Part shown: positions 16,140 to 30,383 of the stretch, piece by piece
How positions within the stretch are numbered: position 1 is the first letter of the stretch
How the letters are laid out: each line of letters begins with the position of its first letter
Translations under genes and position numbers: made by a program
Notes under the pieces: model-generated
What the model was told of the DNA's origin: nothing
Databases searched by the model: none
Seen by the model: the letters and a program-made list of their open reading frames with translations, nothing else
NCBI GenBank assembly: GCA_964016885.1
Contig: OZ024745.1
Span: forward strand, 61,752,001 to 61,816,000
Length of the DNA stretch: 64,000 nt
Origin: Eledone cirrhosa
Lineage: Eukaryota
Direction: 5' to 3'

Positions 16140-16600
16140 TAACCTAGACTTATTGTATTAATTCCAAATTTTTGTTTTCCTTTTTATGCGCATGTAGATT
16201 CCGATGTCGGCTATAAGGGAGGTGGGTAAGGCGATAATTGCTGTTCATCTGCATATGTCGTTGGTCGTGTGTATCCTCGCCGTGTTTGGAGCTACTGAAA
16301 AAGTTGCAGCTATTTCTGTTTGTTTTTGAAATGTTTATCTGGAGGGAATAATGATTAGAGTGTTCTTTGAATGTTGTTTTAGAAGTGGTCCGAGGAGTTA
16401 TATATACATCTTGGTGTTTGGAGGTGAGTTCTCAAGTAGTGAATCTTGCATTGACTCCTGCTACTGTTCTTTTCGTATGTACAGGTGTTCTCTCAATTTT
16501 AGAATCTTTGTTTCGTTGTGCAGATGACCTGTGTGTGTGGTCTTCGTACAATCTGCTTTGACGCGTATTGCACTACATGTGTGTTCTTTTTAGTTTATTT
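16140..16600 (-). pseudogene. Possible highly decayed Penelope GIY-YIG endonuclease remnant
   Basis: Frameshifted minus-strand pieces resembling YIG-x-T-x2-TFKER-x3-H and a terminal C-x-H-K/R. Weak, judged by eye. Confidence 0.25.
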
Positions 16601-17140
16601 TGGTTTGTTGTGGAGATGTTAAGGGCCATAGCCAGCCTAGAATAATTCATTATGGATCACATATACTGTTTGTATATCATAACAGGTGGCGCGTTGGCAG
16701 AGTCGTTAAAACATCCGATAGAATGCTTTGCAGTATTCGTTACGGCTCTCTTCTTTCTCAGTTCAAATCCAGCTGGTCAGCTTTGCCTTTATATACATAC
16801 ATATAATTTTATCTCACTTGAATAGAATATGTAAGGTATTTATTTTTATTTGATCGATTCTAGGGGGCTATTCTAACAGAAATGGAATATTCTTCGTCTA
16901 AAGAAATGGTCGCACATCTATTAAATACTTTAATTAAAATCCTTGTTAAGCTTTCTATATTTACACATATTATTTGTGCAATTATACTACTATCATGATT
17001 GGACATATACCCATTGGATTAAACCCTTAACTGTTTATTACCTGCTGTGGACCATAAAATCACGTTGAAAATCTTCTTTGCCCATATATGGTTATATCAT
17101 GAACTCACTTCTCGGTCCCATCCGATGACTTCGTCTCAGT

Positions 17141-17764
17141 TTGGCAATATCGGTAGAGGCCCTTGCCATTCTGAGTTCAAATCCCGCCGAGGTTAACTTT
17201 GCCTTTCATCCTTACGAGGTCGATAAAATAAAGTACCAGTAATACACTGGTGATTTGCTGGCCTTGTGCCAAAAGTAGAAACAATTATATATTATGTATT
17301 TTATATAATTATATATTTACATATTGTTTTGTGTTAGGTTTTAAACAACTCTAGTATTTTCCAGCTCCTCACGTGCAAATCATAACCAGTGACTAATATT
17401 CATGTTACGAATATATAATCAATGTGGTTGTATTCATAGTCATTGAGCGATCTTCTAATTCCTTGTTTTACTCAACCTTTTCCTCAATCACGTGCATGTG
17501 AAACTTTCTTTCTTCCTCTTTCGTTCTTTCGTTCTTTCATAAAATAAAGTACCAGTAATGCACTGGGTAATTGCTGGCCTTGTGCCCAACGTAGAAACAA
17601 TTATATATATACGCCATACTTTGCAGTACAGTTACGCCCCTTTACGGACTGAGTTCAAATTCCGCCGAGGTTAACTTTGATTTCATCTTTACGGGGTCGA
17701 TAAAAATAAAGTACCAGTAATGCACTGGTTAATTGGTGGCCTTGTGTCATAAGTAGAAACAATT
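17141..17764 (+). mobile_element. Cluster of SINE copies/fragments (17141-17288, 17538-17602, 17611-17764)
   Basis: Matches to the SINE consensus; the first copy has an internal deletion. Confidence 0.88.
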
Positions 17765-17797
17765 ATATATATATATATATATATATGAAAAGATTCA

Positions 17798-17901
17798 GGA
17801 CTCCGACAGCTGAGCTCCGGCCGTTTCGACAGCTAGATTTGATCTAAAGCCCAGTATTCGAACGGCGGGAATATAGCTGAACTTATCAAAGGGTACAGTC
17901 C
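17798..17901 (-). ncRNA. Type I hammerhead-like fold with compensatory U3-A8 core
   Basis: Minus strand: GGACT..CCCT TTGATAA G..CAGCTA-(long insert)-TAGCTG.C GAAA CGGC cggagctca GCTG TC GGAGTCC. Confidence 0.6.
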
Positions 17902-18157
17902 TTATACGGGCAGACAGTCAAAGCAAAAAATCGTAAAAGCTGTTTTTGTTTTTGTTTTTCTCCGGGAGTGGTCAATAATATTGGTGGGTGGGGGCGGTAC
18001 CTTAGGTCAAATGGTTTAGTCCTGCTAAATGTCGTGTATATTATCTATTGCCCTCTTGGCGGCGAGGAGCTAGAGAGGCGAAAAGCAAGAGGAAATGGGT
18101 GGACTTACTGACCTGAAAGTGCCAAGCCAGTCAGTCGCGCACACACATTTTTAAGAG

Positions 18158-18302
18158 TGGCAGTATCGGTAGAAGGTCGGACGCCATGCATTGACGCAAA
18201 GAGTTACGGCCCTTTCCATTCTGAGTTCAAATCCATCCTTACGAGGTCGATAAAATAAAGTAGATAATTGCTGGCCTTGTGCCAAAAGTAGAAACAGTTA
18301 TT
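18158..18302 (+). mobile_element. SINE with internal deletions
   Basis: Consensus match. Confidence 0.85.
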
Positions 18303-18664
18303 AAGAGAGAATTTATCCTCATCAACTATTTCTAATCTGTAGAAATGTTATTGTGCTTAACATCAAACGAAGAGGAAAAAACCAACGAGGGAAAATATAA
18401 TTTCGGTGTATTTAAGTCTAATTTTCAAACTCTAATAAATCTACCCTTAATCTTAAAGATATTACTAATTATTTCTGTTATCGTACTGTTGTAAGTTAGC
18501 TAAGGCTCTATAGTACCCTCTCTACTGCCCCAAGTATCGTGTACTTTAGTGGGTTACGGTCCACCTGCTTTTTTACTACACCCTATCTGATATATATATA
18601 TACATATATATATATATATGTTTGTGTGTGTATATATATTCATTTTATTAAGTCGAAATAGTGA

Positions 18665-18703
18665 GTCTAGTTACTCTGGAGTTTCACCTGTTCATCAAAG
18701 GGT
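18665..18703 (-). ncRNA. Minimal hammerhead-like motif, degenerate
   Basis: Minus strand: TTGATGA AC-ag-GT GAAA CTC-ca-GAG TA. Helix I is not convincingly paired. Confidence 0.35.
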
Positions 18704-18932
18704 TATCATGTATATATATATATATAGTATTAAGGGTGCTATTTATGGTTATGTATGCAATAAAACCTTTAATGGTAATATATTATATATACAAGCCCTA
18801 AATAGTGAAAGATAGTCATTAATTACTATCCTATTACCAGTAAGATAAATAGCTCAATGTAATAACATCAGTTGTTTTACAGAGCAGTTATATAGAGATT
18901 ACAATAATCAAAGTTCAGTTTAAGTCATTTAT

Positions 18933-18981
18933 TTGCTTACAATTGTTTTCTCCAAACCGAGGTTTGGATTCTTCGGAGCAA
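18933..18981 (-). ncRNA. Hammerhead-like fold in the left arm of palindrome B (G12A, probably inactive)
   Basis: Mirror of 19959-20007, but GAAA reads AAAA. Confidence 0.6.
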
Positions 18982-19958
18982 CTATTTACTGATCTATAAC
19001 ATACTTGACCTCCTTTTCAACCCAAGAGACACATAAAACATATGCGCGTATTGATCAACAGTGGGGTGACATTCATCAAAAGATATAGCATGGCAATTTA
19101 CATATAAAGGTTGCAGGATAAAAATAAAAACAAGAATGAAAATAAAAATGAAAATAAAGATAAACATGAAGCGTTGGCAGTCTATGAAGATAAAGCAAGA
19201 GGAAAGTTTAGAGTAGTCAGTGCATGAAACAATCTCACGTGTAGCATGCACGCGTGTCTTATTTATACATGATTAGATTGCGTCAGAATGATATTTGCAG
19301 GGTCAGGCAGTTGAAGCAGGCAATCGATCTTATTATGTGGGTTGAATTATCAAGTCATTTATTCTCATACATCTGTATGATATACAGTCTCGGATGCAGG
19401 GGAACACCAAAATATCAAAAACTTTCAACATACTATAAACCTTATTGTATCGTAGGCAAAGCCGTACCACTGTCTTCGCTCACACCACCACTCACATAAT
19501 CCATGAGACGCGATATATATAGAGAACACGTGTCTATCGTATAATTCGCGGTGGTTCAGCATATAATCAACATATTATCAATTGACTTGATAATTCAACC
19601 CACATAATAAGATCGATTGCCTGCTTCAACTGCCTGACCCTGCAAATATCATTCTGACGCACTCTAATCATGTATAAATAAGACACGCGTGCATGCTACA
19701 CGTGAGATTGTTTCATACACTGACTACTCTAAACTTTCCTCTTGCTTTATCTTCATAGACTGCCAACGCTTCATGTTTATCTTTATTTTCATTTTTATTT
19801 TCATTCTTGTTTTTATTTTTATCCTGCAACCTTTATATGTAAATTGCCATGCTATATATTTTGATGAATGTCACCCCACTGTTGATCAATATGCGCATAT
19901 GTTTTATGTGTCTCTTGGGTTGAAAAGGAGGTCAAGTATGTTATAGATCAGTAAATAG

Positions 19959-20007
19959 TTGCTCCGAAGAATCCAAACCTCGGTTTGGAGGAAACAATTG
20001 TAAGCAA
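19959..20007 (+). ncRNA. Type I hammerhead fold, U4C variant, right tip of palindrome B
   Basis: TTGCT CCGAAGA a TCCAAACC-tc-GGTTTGGA g GAAA CAATTG TA AGCAA, then AATAAA at 20007-20012. Confidence 0.8.
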
Positions 20008-20038
20008 ATAAATGACTTAAACTGAACTTTGATTATTG

Positions 20039-20240
<202 letters not shown>

Positions 20241-20277
20241 CCTCACCCTTCACTCACTAACTCTCTGCTACTACCTC

Positions 20278-20535
20278 TCCTACTTCCTCCCGTTTGACCT
20301 GTGCGTAATTCTTTTCTCACGCACGCTTAACCAGGCTGGTTGTTCCTTTTTTCTCTCTTGTCTACTTATGTTCACCGAATTCAGGGACTGGACTCCTTCT
20401 TCCTCCCGTTTGACCTGTGCGGAATTCCTTCCTTGCTCACATTTCGACTAGGTTTGATGGTCTTTATTCTCTCTCGTTCACGATTTCACCGAACTTATAT
20501 TCATAGAAATCTGGGACTTGACTCTTTCTTCCTCA
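20278..20535. repeat. Degenerate ~117-bp tandem repeat (2-3 units)
   Basis: CTTCCTCCCGTTTGACCTGTGCG occurs at ~20283 and ~20399, and TTCACCGAA..GGACT.GACTC.TTCTTCCTC occurs twice. Confidence 0.6.
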
Positions 20536-20751
20536 CTTTTCGTTGCATTACCATCTTTGATTGTTTACAGTCTCGCTCGTTCCCCTTATTTACGTGTCGC
20601 AACGACTTTCTTTAGCCGTTGCTCGCACCACCCCAAGGTATATGGTCTTTAAAGCGATGAAATACCAATGAAGGTTGGAAGATCACTGATGGAGGACTAA
20701 CTTTATTCATATGTAACCCATTTGCAACCACGCAGCCCGTTTTATTTTCAT

Positions 20752-20808
<57 letters not shown>

Positions 20809-21602
20809 GCAAAACATGCACACACACACGCGCGCACACAAATACACAGAGAAAGAGGGAGAGAGAAAGGGTGAGAGAGGGAGAGAAAGGGGGATAGAGA
20901 GCAATGTTTATAAATATACGTATGCATAAATTATATTAATATAACCTTTTTTACATAAAGTTAAGATGGATAGCAGCTAAAATATTCTCTTTCACACGTA
21001 CATGTTTTTTTTCTCTCTCTTCTGGTTAAAATCAGTGTTCGTGCAATTACATAAATAACATTTTCGGACAGTAAGGGAGATTGGAGCAAATGAAATATTG
21101 ATCGAAATTGATAACCAAAAACTTTTCCAGTTTTTGATAGAATAATTTGTTGAAAGATTTAAAGACAAAGATGAGATCCTGTGGGATGGTTACTGATTCC
21201 GACAAGCGGAAGTGATTAAGGAGAAAAGAACATGTGTGAATTTAAAGTTGTCTACACGATCTATACACTGATTAGACACTTGTGATATAACTCTTGACTG
21301 TTGGCTACTTTTCAAACTTTCTATTAAAACTAGTTTATATGCCGCTATTTCATTGATTCTTCTTTTAGGCATAGTTAATTATTTATGTGAAAAATAGCAT
21401 AGATTTTCCGATACATCACATATTATTATTACTGGTACTGAAGACCCTGGTGGGATTTTAAATTGGAGTGTTCGGGAACATGCATGGTTAAAAGTTAAAA
21501 AGTTCGGTCCGCAAAATCGTGGTGCCGGGTTCGATACAATTTTGTAACGATGTGTGCAAATATCATATTGATGACGAGTGCTCAAAATTCTGCAATCACC
21601 CG

Positions 21603-21649
<47 letters not shown>

Positions 21650-21680
21650 TAATTTAATATATCAACTAACATAAGCGCAC

Positions 21681-21935
21681 AGATGTACGCTAATGCCAGC
21701 AAATACACAGGTTATGTCATAGTACCTAGGTGGTTCAATGCAGGAGGATGCAGAACAATAATATAAAAGACGTAAAATAAGAAAATTTAAAAAAAAAGTT
21801 TTATGAATTCTCGACAGTTAGATTACGTAACTGTCTTTATCCCATTGCAGAAACTAATTAGTTGGAGTGAAAATTTAAGTAAGTAAGTTAAAATTTTTAA
21901 AAAAAAACTTTTAAAAACTTTTTTCTTATTTTACG

Positions 21936-21945
<10 letters not shown>
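21681..21945. mobile_element. PLE-type fragment of the 43764-44328 family, with inverted tail and HHR 3' half
   Basis: AAAAGACGTAAAATAAGAAAA (~21765) is inverted at ~21920-21941. GAAA CTAATTAG TT GGAG lies at ~21850. 21681-21790 matches 44201-44310. Confidence 0.7.
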
Positions 21946-21987
<42 letters not shown>

Positions 21988-22084
21988 GCGCGCACAGACA
22001 CACACACACATATATATATTCCATCCCTCTCCAGTTAAGAATAGATAATGACAGATAGTGACACGGAGGAAGTGTACTAGACTG

Positions 22085-22215
22085 ATACTTTTTTTTATCG
22101 AACTGGAAGGGATGAAAGGTTGACCTACGGGGGATTTGAACTCAGGGACCAGAGAACCAGAATGAATACCACAAAGCTCTCTATGTGCCATTCAAACGAC
22201 TCTGCCAATTCGCTG
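22085..22215 (-). mobile_element. Older, diverged SINE copy
   Basis: TTTTATCGA..GGATGAAAGG..GGATTTGAACTCAG..TCTGCCAAT. Confidence 0.65.
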
Positions 22216-23412
22216 ACATAAAGTAATTAGATTGACGAAATATTTAAATTTCATTAATTACAAAATTATTTCAGTGAATTTAAAACTGAAATCGAATTGA
22301 AATAATATATATGGAAATAGTATGCAATAACCTTTGTTAAGGCAAGTATATTACTATTCATTGAACGATGCTAGTACAATGATGAAACGTTGGATATAAA
22401 CGAAATAACTTTGCATAAAATCGAAAAATCATTATTTATTGCATTTATATACTCTGTTTTGCTACGACAAAAGTAGAAGAATAGTAGATATGTAATCCAA
22501 ATGTAAGTATTACAGTCTGGATTTTATTCAAATATGAAGCAATTGCATTTAGAACACTATGGTAGGCGTTGGCTTTGTCGTTTTGTAAGAACTTTATATT
22601 GGTTGCAGTATGTTGTAAAGAGGGACATTGTCACAATTCTTCTTCTCTGTGAGTAAATTTATATAACGTCTACTAATATATACACAATGCTACACTTTGC
22701 GGGGTGACAGGGAAAACCCTCATTTTATCGATCACAGTATTTTACAGGCATAACACCGGTCATAAAGGAACGGGCGAGATTTGAACTTTGAGAAAATTGA
22801 ATTGTACAGTTGATGCAATGAAAAAGCAAAATACATTATGAATAGTCAAAATAGGACATATACATATGTTGTGATGTTCATTCATCGAACTGATTTTTAT
22901 ATAGTCCATGTGTCAAAAAAAAAAAGGTCGTAAATTCGATGCAAAAAGAAATTACTTCTAACCTACGGAGTATCTTTCCTAGATTTAGAAAACATTTCTT
23001 TTCAATTTAAAGAATGTTACAACACTTTTATATTGGGAAATGATATATGATGATATCGAAAGGTTCCTGTCTTGCACAAACGTATTAGCATTAAGACTGA
23101 AGTAAAATGATATCTCAGAAGGGAGAAGATATATTAGAGGGAATGTAAGAGAGGAGGCTACTGGGAAAGGTGGGGGTAGTCAAAGAATGAGAAAAACATG
23201 TATAAGAGATAAAAAGAGAAGGAAGTCCATTAAATATTGTAATGAGAGTATTCTGAAATGTAACCCCACCTTCTACCTTCACAAACATATCCTTTGCTCA
23301 TATACGTCTATCAAGTATCTCATTCTTATTCTAGCTGCAAAGGGATGCAAATACATTTATATATTGTATGTATAATATATAAGGTGCATATATATATATA
23401 TATATATATATA

Positions 23413-23570
23413 CCGAATTACCCGGCGTCGAAGATGCTACTTTTTTCATAAAATAAGTCACAAAAATCTACCATGCGTCTTGGAGGCCGAAGGTTGTTTT
23501 TCAAATTTTTGTTTGTCAAAATTAGGGTGCGTCCTCGAGGACGAAGCGTCTTCGGCGCGGGGAAATACGG
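23413..23570. mobile_element. Tc1/mariner-superfamily (Tc2/pogo-like) MITE
   Basis: Imperfect ~25-bp TIRs CCGAATTACCCGGCGTCGAAGATGC / GCGTCTTCGGCGCGGGGAAATACGG, flanked by TA on both sides. Confidence 0.75.
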
Positions 23571-23647
23571 TATATATCATATAATATATATATGTATACA
23601 TGTAAATATGTTTATATATATATACTATATATAATGCATATATATAT

Positions 23648-24088
<441 letters not shown>

Positions 24089-24154
24089 GTATATATATTT
24101 GGTTTCTGAATTTGTTTAGCAAGATTCTTTATCTGAAAACGAGTGTTGAAACCG

Positions 24155-24337
24155 ATATTGTTATGCTTTGGGAGGGTCATGTTGCCAATAAGAAACAATC
24201 GTCTGGTTGTGGAACCAACCAACCGGAAATTTATAAATTCCTATATTTATAAATTTAATTTATAATAAATTGAAGTGAAAGCTACTGGTGCGTGTGTTTC
24301 TTATTGGCAACATGACCCTCCCAAAGCATAACAATAT
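24155..24337 (+). mobile_element. Short element with perfect 43-bp terminal inverted repeat
   Basis: 24155-24197 is the reverse complement of 24295-24337. The spacer holds GAAA TTTATAAA TT and AATAAA. Followed by (TA)n. Confidence 0.8.
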
Positions 24338-24346
24338 ATATATATA

Positions 24347-24388
<42 letters not shown>

Positions 24389-25006
24389 CGAGATGTTTCT
24401 TCAAAACATCTACTTACGCACCATGTAGATCCTTCAGGTTTTAGTACTATATTCAAGAGCTGTACGTCTTTAAACACTAAGTGCGATATCTCGGGCTTAC
24501 ACTTATTGTTGCGAGAGGGATTTGGAGCAATACACAGTGACATTGTATTTGCATGTTGGTCCAGCTCTGAATACGAAAATTTAGTGTTAGCCACCTAGGA
24601 TCATTCACACAGACACAAATGAAGACACAGGGACACAGACTCACATATACAAATACACCCATACACAAATATATATATACCACAGCAAATCTCGTCCGTC
24701 TTCGGTCTATTGAGTAAAGTTTTAATTCTCTCAGCCACTACCATTGAGACAATCATCTTGGTGTAACCTTATTGGATTGTTTCACGTACCAAATTACTTT
24801 TACACAGTTTGGTAAATATAGCTGAAAGCAATAGAGCAGGCAGGTGACGACAATTTCCTTTAAAGGACCAACAATCAGATTAGCTCTTATTTCAGTTTCG
24901 TCCTGTGTTTCATATTTCATTCCCCTTTGAGTCAATTCTTTTTAACTCAGCTCCCGAAGAAATACATATTTTGAAATTAAATATAACAAATCAATTTCCC
25001 ATCTGC

Positions 25007-25140
<134 letters not shown>

Positions 25141-25593
25141 ATATATATATAACTCTATAAATGTAAGCATCTCAATGAAAAGATAAAATATTAATAAATT
25201 ATCTAGTCAGAGCAGTATTAAAATATATTAAACTAAGCAAAATCTCTTGGGAGGGGGCGGTAATAAACTAAATCGGCTAAAATAAGTCAGGTTTTACTTA
25301 TATAATACCCCAACCATGGTTTCTGGAACTCAAAGTACAACATCGGCAATTCCAAGTCAGTTGGATAACCAATATTGAAAGAATTTCAGTTCCTTTATCT
25401 AGAGGTGAATTCTTGCTTACGAATAAGGGAAATATGTATCATACATACAATGTCGTTGCTAGACCTCATAGTGAACAACGTGTTGCACCGCGGAAATTAT
25501 TAGGAATATATCCCACTTAATGTATTAGGACAGGAATATGTTGACGCTGGAAATAGCAGCCAAAACTGTATAAATCAGCTCAACAATGATAGA

Positions 25594-25890
25594 GCAGTAA
25601 GATACTCAATACATCAGTAGAGTGTAAACATCAAGATCAATATAGAAATGGTTTCTACAGGAGTAGAACTGTTTCATTCAGAAGAAATCACCAGGAAAAC
25701 CGACTGTCATTGTAAAACTGTTGTACGTTATGTTTTCTGGTAGTTAGGGAAGGTGGCTACCCTCGAATGAACCTCATCTCCAAAATAACCACTTCCCCCA
25801 ACCTCCAGAAAACATAAATACATGTTTACACTTTAGTAATGTATTGAGTACCTTACTAACTGTGGTTAACCCCCGACTGAACCCGAAACA
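25594..25890. mobile_element. Small degenerate palindromic PLE-type element of the 5130 family
   Basis: The reverse complement of 25594-25630 matches 25822-25860, and that of 25722-25756 matches 25789-25822. The right arm lacks the HHR. Confidence 0.65.
25650..25701 (-). ncRNA. Hammerhead-like fold homologous to 5130-5180 (A6G, probably inactive)
   Basis: Minus strand: GGTTTTC CTGGTGA tttcttctgaat GAAA CAG ttctactc CTG TA GAAACC. Confidence 0.6.
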
Positions 25891-26479
25891 TTTAATTATT
25901 TTAACTCCCAGGAGACTAAAAAGCATTTAAATTGTAAGTTGAACTTACAAACCCGTTTTTGCAACCCCGTTTTTGTTTTCTATATGAAAGCACTCCGATC
26001 GAGTGCTTCTGGCGTGGTCATTTTTTTCAATTTAAATCAATGCAAACGTGTGTTCCCTGTAGATGGTCACGCCTGGCTTATGTTTTCGTTGATGTGATGT
26101 CACACGTCACTAAAAGTTGAGGGATACTACTACTACATACACTTGTGTCCAGCAATGTGATATTCTAGCACGTCATACAGAACTTTCCATTACAGGTAGG
26201 CGAATTCCTGATGAGGACGCGGTTCCTCGCCAAATTACGTAATGCATAATAACATTACCTAATTTCTGCACATGGTGGTTCCACTCGGACCACCGCCAGC
26301 AGAAGAGAATCGTAGAAACTAGTGCATCGGTCCAGGAATCTACATTTTCCTACCCACACAAAGTCGTCTTCCTCACCGATTCACGTATGTGTATACTCTA
26401 ATCGGTTGGGTTGGAATTTTAATAATTCGGACAGTGAGTGAGGAAATGGCCGTAGTTGTGTACATTCTATTCGATAAGT

Positions 26480-26490
26480 TTCGTCTATTA

Positions 26491-26556
<66 letters not shown>

Positions 26557-26673
26557 TAAAAAAATAATGAATAAAACAATGAAACAGTTCCTTATATTAA
26601 ACAAAAAAAGTTCATTATTTAACGATCGTTTCTAGGACATATATGTGTTAGAATTGGCATGCATATAATTTGC

Positions 26674-26731
<58 letters not shown>

Positions 26732-26753
26732 TATATATGCGAACACACACACG

Positions 26754-26819
<66 letters not shown>

Positions 26820-28040
26820 TACATTATTACAGGCACAGTCATAGCTCCATTACATACATGTATCTTTTGAATATTTCTGCATTTATTCTATTGTATTTCT
26901 TTTCACTTTTCCATTCTTTGTTTTTCCCTGTCATCGACAAGCAGATAGAATGCACACAACCACGTCTTTCGCATACGTACACATATTACAGATCTTTTTA
27001 TATACATACATACGCATATACATACTGCATGCATACATACTTGCACATACATACATACGCACATACATACTACATACATACTACATACATACATACTTGC
27101 ACATACATACACACGCATACATACACACATACACACACATACATGCATACATACATGCATATATACATACACACACATACATATATACATAGACATGCAT
27201 ACACACGCATACATACATACGCATACATGTATACATACATGCATATATACATACATTCATTCACAGGCATGCATATACATGCATATATACATACATACAT
27301 ACATACATACACACACATACATACACACATATATACATACATACATTCACAGGCATGCATATACCTGCATATATATATACATTCAGACACACACATGAAT
27401 ACATACACACACATACATGCATACATACATGCATACGTACATACATACATAATATTCTACCGGTTATTAATTTTCAAATATCTTTCTTACACACTCGAAC
27501 ATATACTTTGTCAATGACTATTACTAACAGTGCCAGTACCACACATCCTTCTACTCATCATTATTACCATAATCTCTCCTTCATTTATTCACATATTCCT
27601 TCAAATTTTCCTCCAATCATTCTCTCTTACTCATGTGATTTTTCAACTAACTTGTATCGTTATCTTCTTTAGTCGCTGTCCATCTTGAAATATACGTCAA
27701 AATTATATTTTACCATAAAAAACAATTTTCAAGATGTTAATGTGTTAATATGATGGAGGATTTTTTTTACTCTAGCTGTAGTTACTTTTGATTTTCTTTG
27801 CCACTAAGTATTACTAATGCTGTCATTTCTGTCTTATTTGATAATTCATATTCTGACGCGGCTATGAACATCCACGCAAGATACATATATACCTCCATAC
27901 CTCAATACATACATACACACATACATACATACATACATACATACATACATGCATATAATACACACATATATTACACACACACACATACACAGAAACACAC
28001 ATGCACAGACACAGACACACACACAAATATATATAAATAA
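26480..28040. repeat. (TA)n, (CA)n and (CATA)n simple-repeat region
   Basis: Direct reading; interspersed with short unique segments. Confidence 0.85.
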
Positions 28041-28412
28041 CGAATAAAACCAGCGAAATGGATAAGAGGTCTCTCTGCCTTTTGGCTGAGAATATGTACG
28101 TTCGTATCTCCTCAATTATCTTGTGCTGCGATATTGATAAGAAGCTAAGAAGTTTTATTTTCTTCTATACTTATCTGACAGCGCAACATTGAGTTGGCTA
28201 TACAGTAGTGGGGACACTATTGTGTTAACCGAAAATGCGACAGTGAACTTATGTTTGGTAGCACACAAATTGTAACATGTAAAACTACATGTTGGTTATG
28301 AACGTAAATAAGACAGAAAATGAACAGATCGGGACCAGCCAACAGGATGGGTATATTCCTGTCGTACACAACTCCTCTGTTGCGGGGAAGCTCAATTAAT
28401 TAAAAAGAAAGG

Positions 28413-28511
28413 GATGAAGACACAACCGTGGTACAAAAAATGAACTCTAAAGGCACTCAGTTAAAGTCTATTCTCTATGCTAATCCGATTGCTAGACAAA
28501 TTCTTCAGATC
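28413..28511 (-). repeat. Dispersed repeat fragment; inverted homologue at 42700-42805
   Basis: GATCTGAAGAATTTGTCTAGCAATCGGATTAGCATAGAGAATAG is shared between the two sites. Confidence 0.8.
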
Positions 28512-29847
28512 TCAATATAGTAGCGAATTTATTAAGGTTTTTATCATATAGAAACACCTTTTGACAATGGCTATTGTTTCTAGGATTCACATGTGGAGAA
28601 CACTAGCAAAAGACTTCTGGTCATAAATGAATGTCATGTACACACTTAGGTCACAACGTTTAATACAACATATAAATTGAGGCAGGAATTAGAAACAAAC
28701 AATTGTATGAACAAATCTTTAGTAATTTTCTGACAAATTTCAATTATTCTGAAAAGAAATTTGAGGCTTTCCTTTTGTTGTTGAAATGTTTCGATTCTGG
28801 ATTTTCACTAGGTGAACAAATTATCTGCAGTTTTGCAATTAGTGATACAAAAGAGAAAGGGAATTTGAGTGTGAGTTTACGTTAATCGAAACAATTGAAT
28901 ATTATCGCAATGCAACAATCTCCATACACAAACCTTAATTAACATTGAATGAGAATTGGTCGACTGTTTTATAGATACAACACGTCAGAAAAATTAGAAC
29001 TCGCCAAAAGTTCATATTTTTAGTGAATATAACATTTTCGAATAAATAAATATCCTTTTGATATATCTGAGAGTAGAGATTTCGTTTCTCACATGAGCAC
29101 AATCATGTCGTATAATTCTCTCCTTTTTCAGACAAGGGGTGTATATTTGTTCATCTGTACTTGATATCTACAGCTATTAGACTCATTATAGCATACTGTG
29201 TGTCCTTCTGGACGTGAGTAATTATTACATATAAGACATTGTAAGTACAGACAAATCAACTCACCCACCCACTTTGGGGTGGGTGAGAGATGCCGTCTTT
29301 TGTGAAAATGGGTATAGTCTTCATTATGTAAAATCTCCCCATTTTGCCTCATTTCTCTCCGTTTTGGGGCACTTCTTTTCACCGTTTGGATTTTCAGAGG
29401 TTGACAAGTCTGTAAGTAGCCAGGTTATGGGTTTGTAGCTTGGGGATTTTATTGTTTTTTTAACTCCGTCAGCTCTAGGGTCTTTTAACATTCCAGTGAT
29501 TATGTTGCCACCATTTTATGTTTGCTTGCTAAATATTTCAACCAGACATTTTGGACTTTGATTCTTAACAATGCCTTCTATTTATTATTTGTTTTCTAGC
29601 ATATAGAATAATTCATGAATATATATCGACTTATATGATTATTCAGGGATTGTGTTTGTTGTTTTAAACATTATCGTTCTGTTGATTCCTTCTACCGCTG
29701 GTACTAAATTGATAGAACCGGTTGCAACGGTAAGCTTTGTCTAACAAAATCAAAGAGCTTTACTTAAGGTTTGAGTCTTTTTGATTTAAGGAGGATCTAC
29801 TGTTTTCTGTTTAGATGTTCTTTGATTTCAGATACTTCTATATTTGT

Positions 29848-29952
29848 AATAATTGTTTCAAATTTTGGCACAAAGCCATCAATTATCCCAGTGCATTACT
29901 GGTGCTTTATTTTATCGACCTCGTAAGGATGAAAAGCAAAGTTAACCTCGGC
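29848..29952 (-). mobile_element. SINE 3' half
   Basis: Consensus match. Confidence 0.8.
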
Positions 29953-30001
29953 GTGTAAGGTTTGTGTAGAATAAGTGTTGAATAAGTTTTTGTGTAATAT
30001 A

Positions 30002-30383
30002 CTCTCGGGTCCCAAATAATAGGAGGTAGGATAAGCGGGGAGGGTGGAAAATCGGTAATTTTTTCTAGGTTCTCTCCGTTGTTTTTTTTAAAAGCCAGAA
30101 TCAATCGTTTTGTTTACATATGGAGACTCCAACCTATTCTATTTATTTTATAACGTAAGGGATTTTTAGTAATCTACATTTTGGTCATATATAATGCTTT
30201 TTAAAGTCTAAAGAAAATTAAATGACGCATGAATGCTGCCACTTAAAATAAGATTTCGCCGGATATAGATTAGCAAAATTTAATAAGCGGGGGTGGGGTT
30301 GGAAGAAGAGTGTGGGGGAGTGTGTGGAAAAATCCCAAAACTTAATCAGCAGTTAGGGTGGACGATTATTTGAGACCCGAGAA
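30002..30383. mobile_element. MITE with ~19-bp TIRs and TA target duplication
   Basis: TA-CTCTCGGGTCCCAAATAAT ... ATTATTTGAGACCCGAGAA-TA. Confidence 0.7.

Noticed and set aside
18994-19946. Duplicate 85-aa ORFs on opposite strands
   Set aside because: They are mirror images from the inverted repeat, with a low-complexity FIFI run and no domain.
26202-26340. CTGATGA at 26208 with GAAA at 26315 and GTC..GGAAT as a long-insert hammerhead
   Set aside because: Helix III pairs poorly and helix I is offset. It may be a decayed copy but is not supportable.
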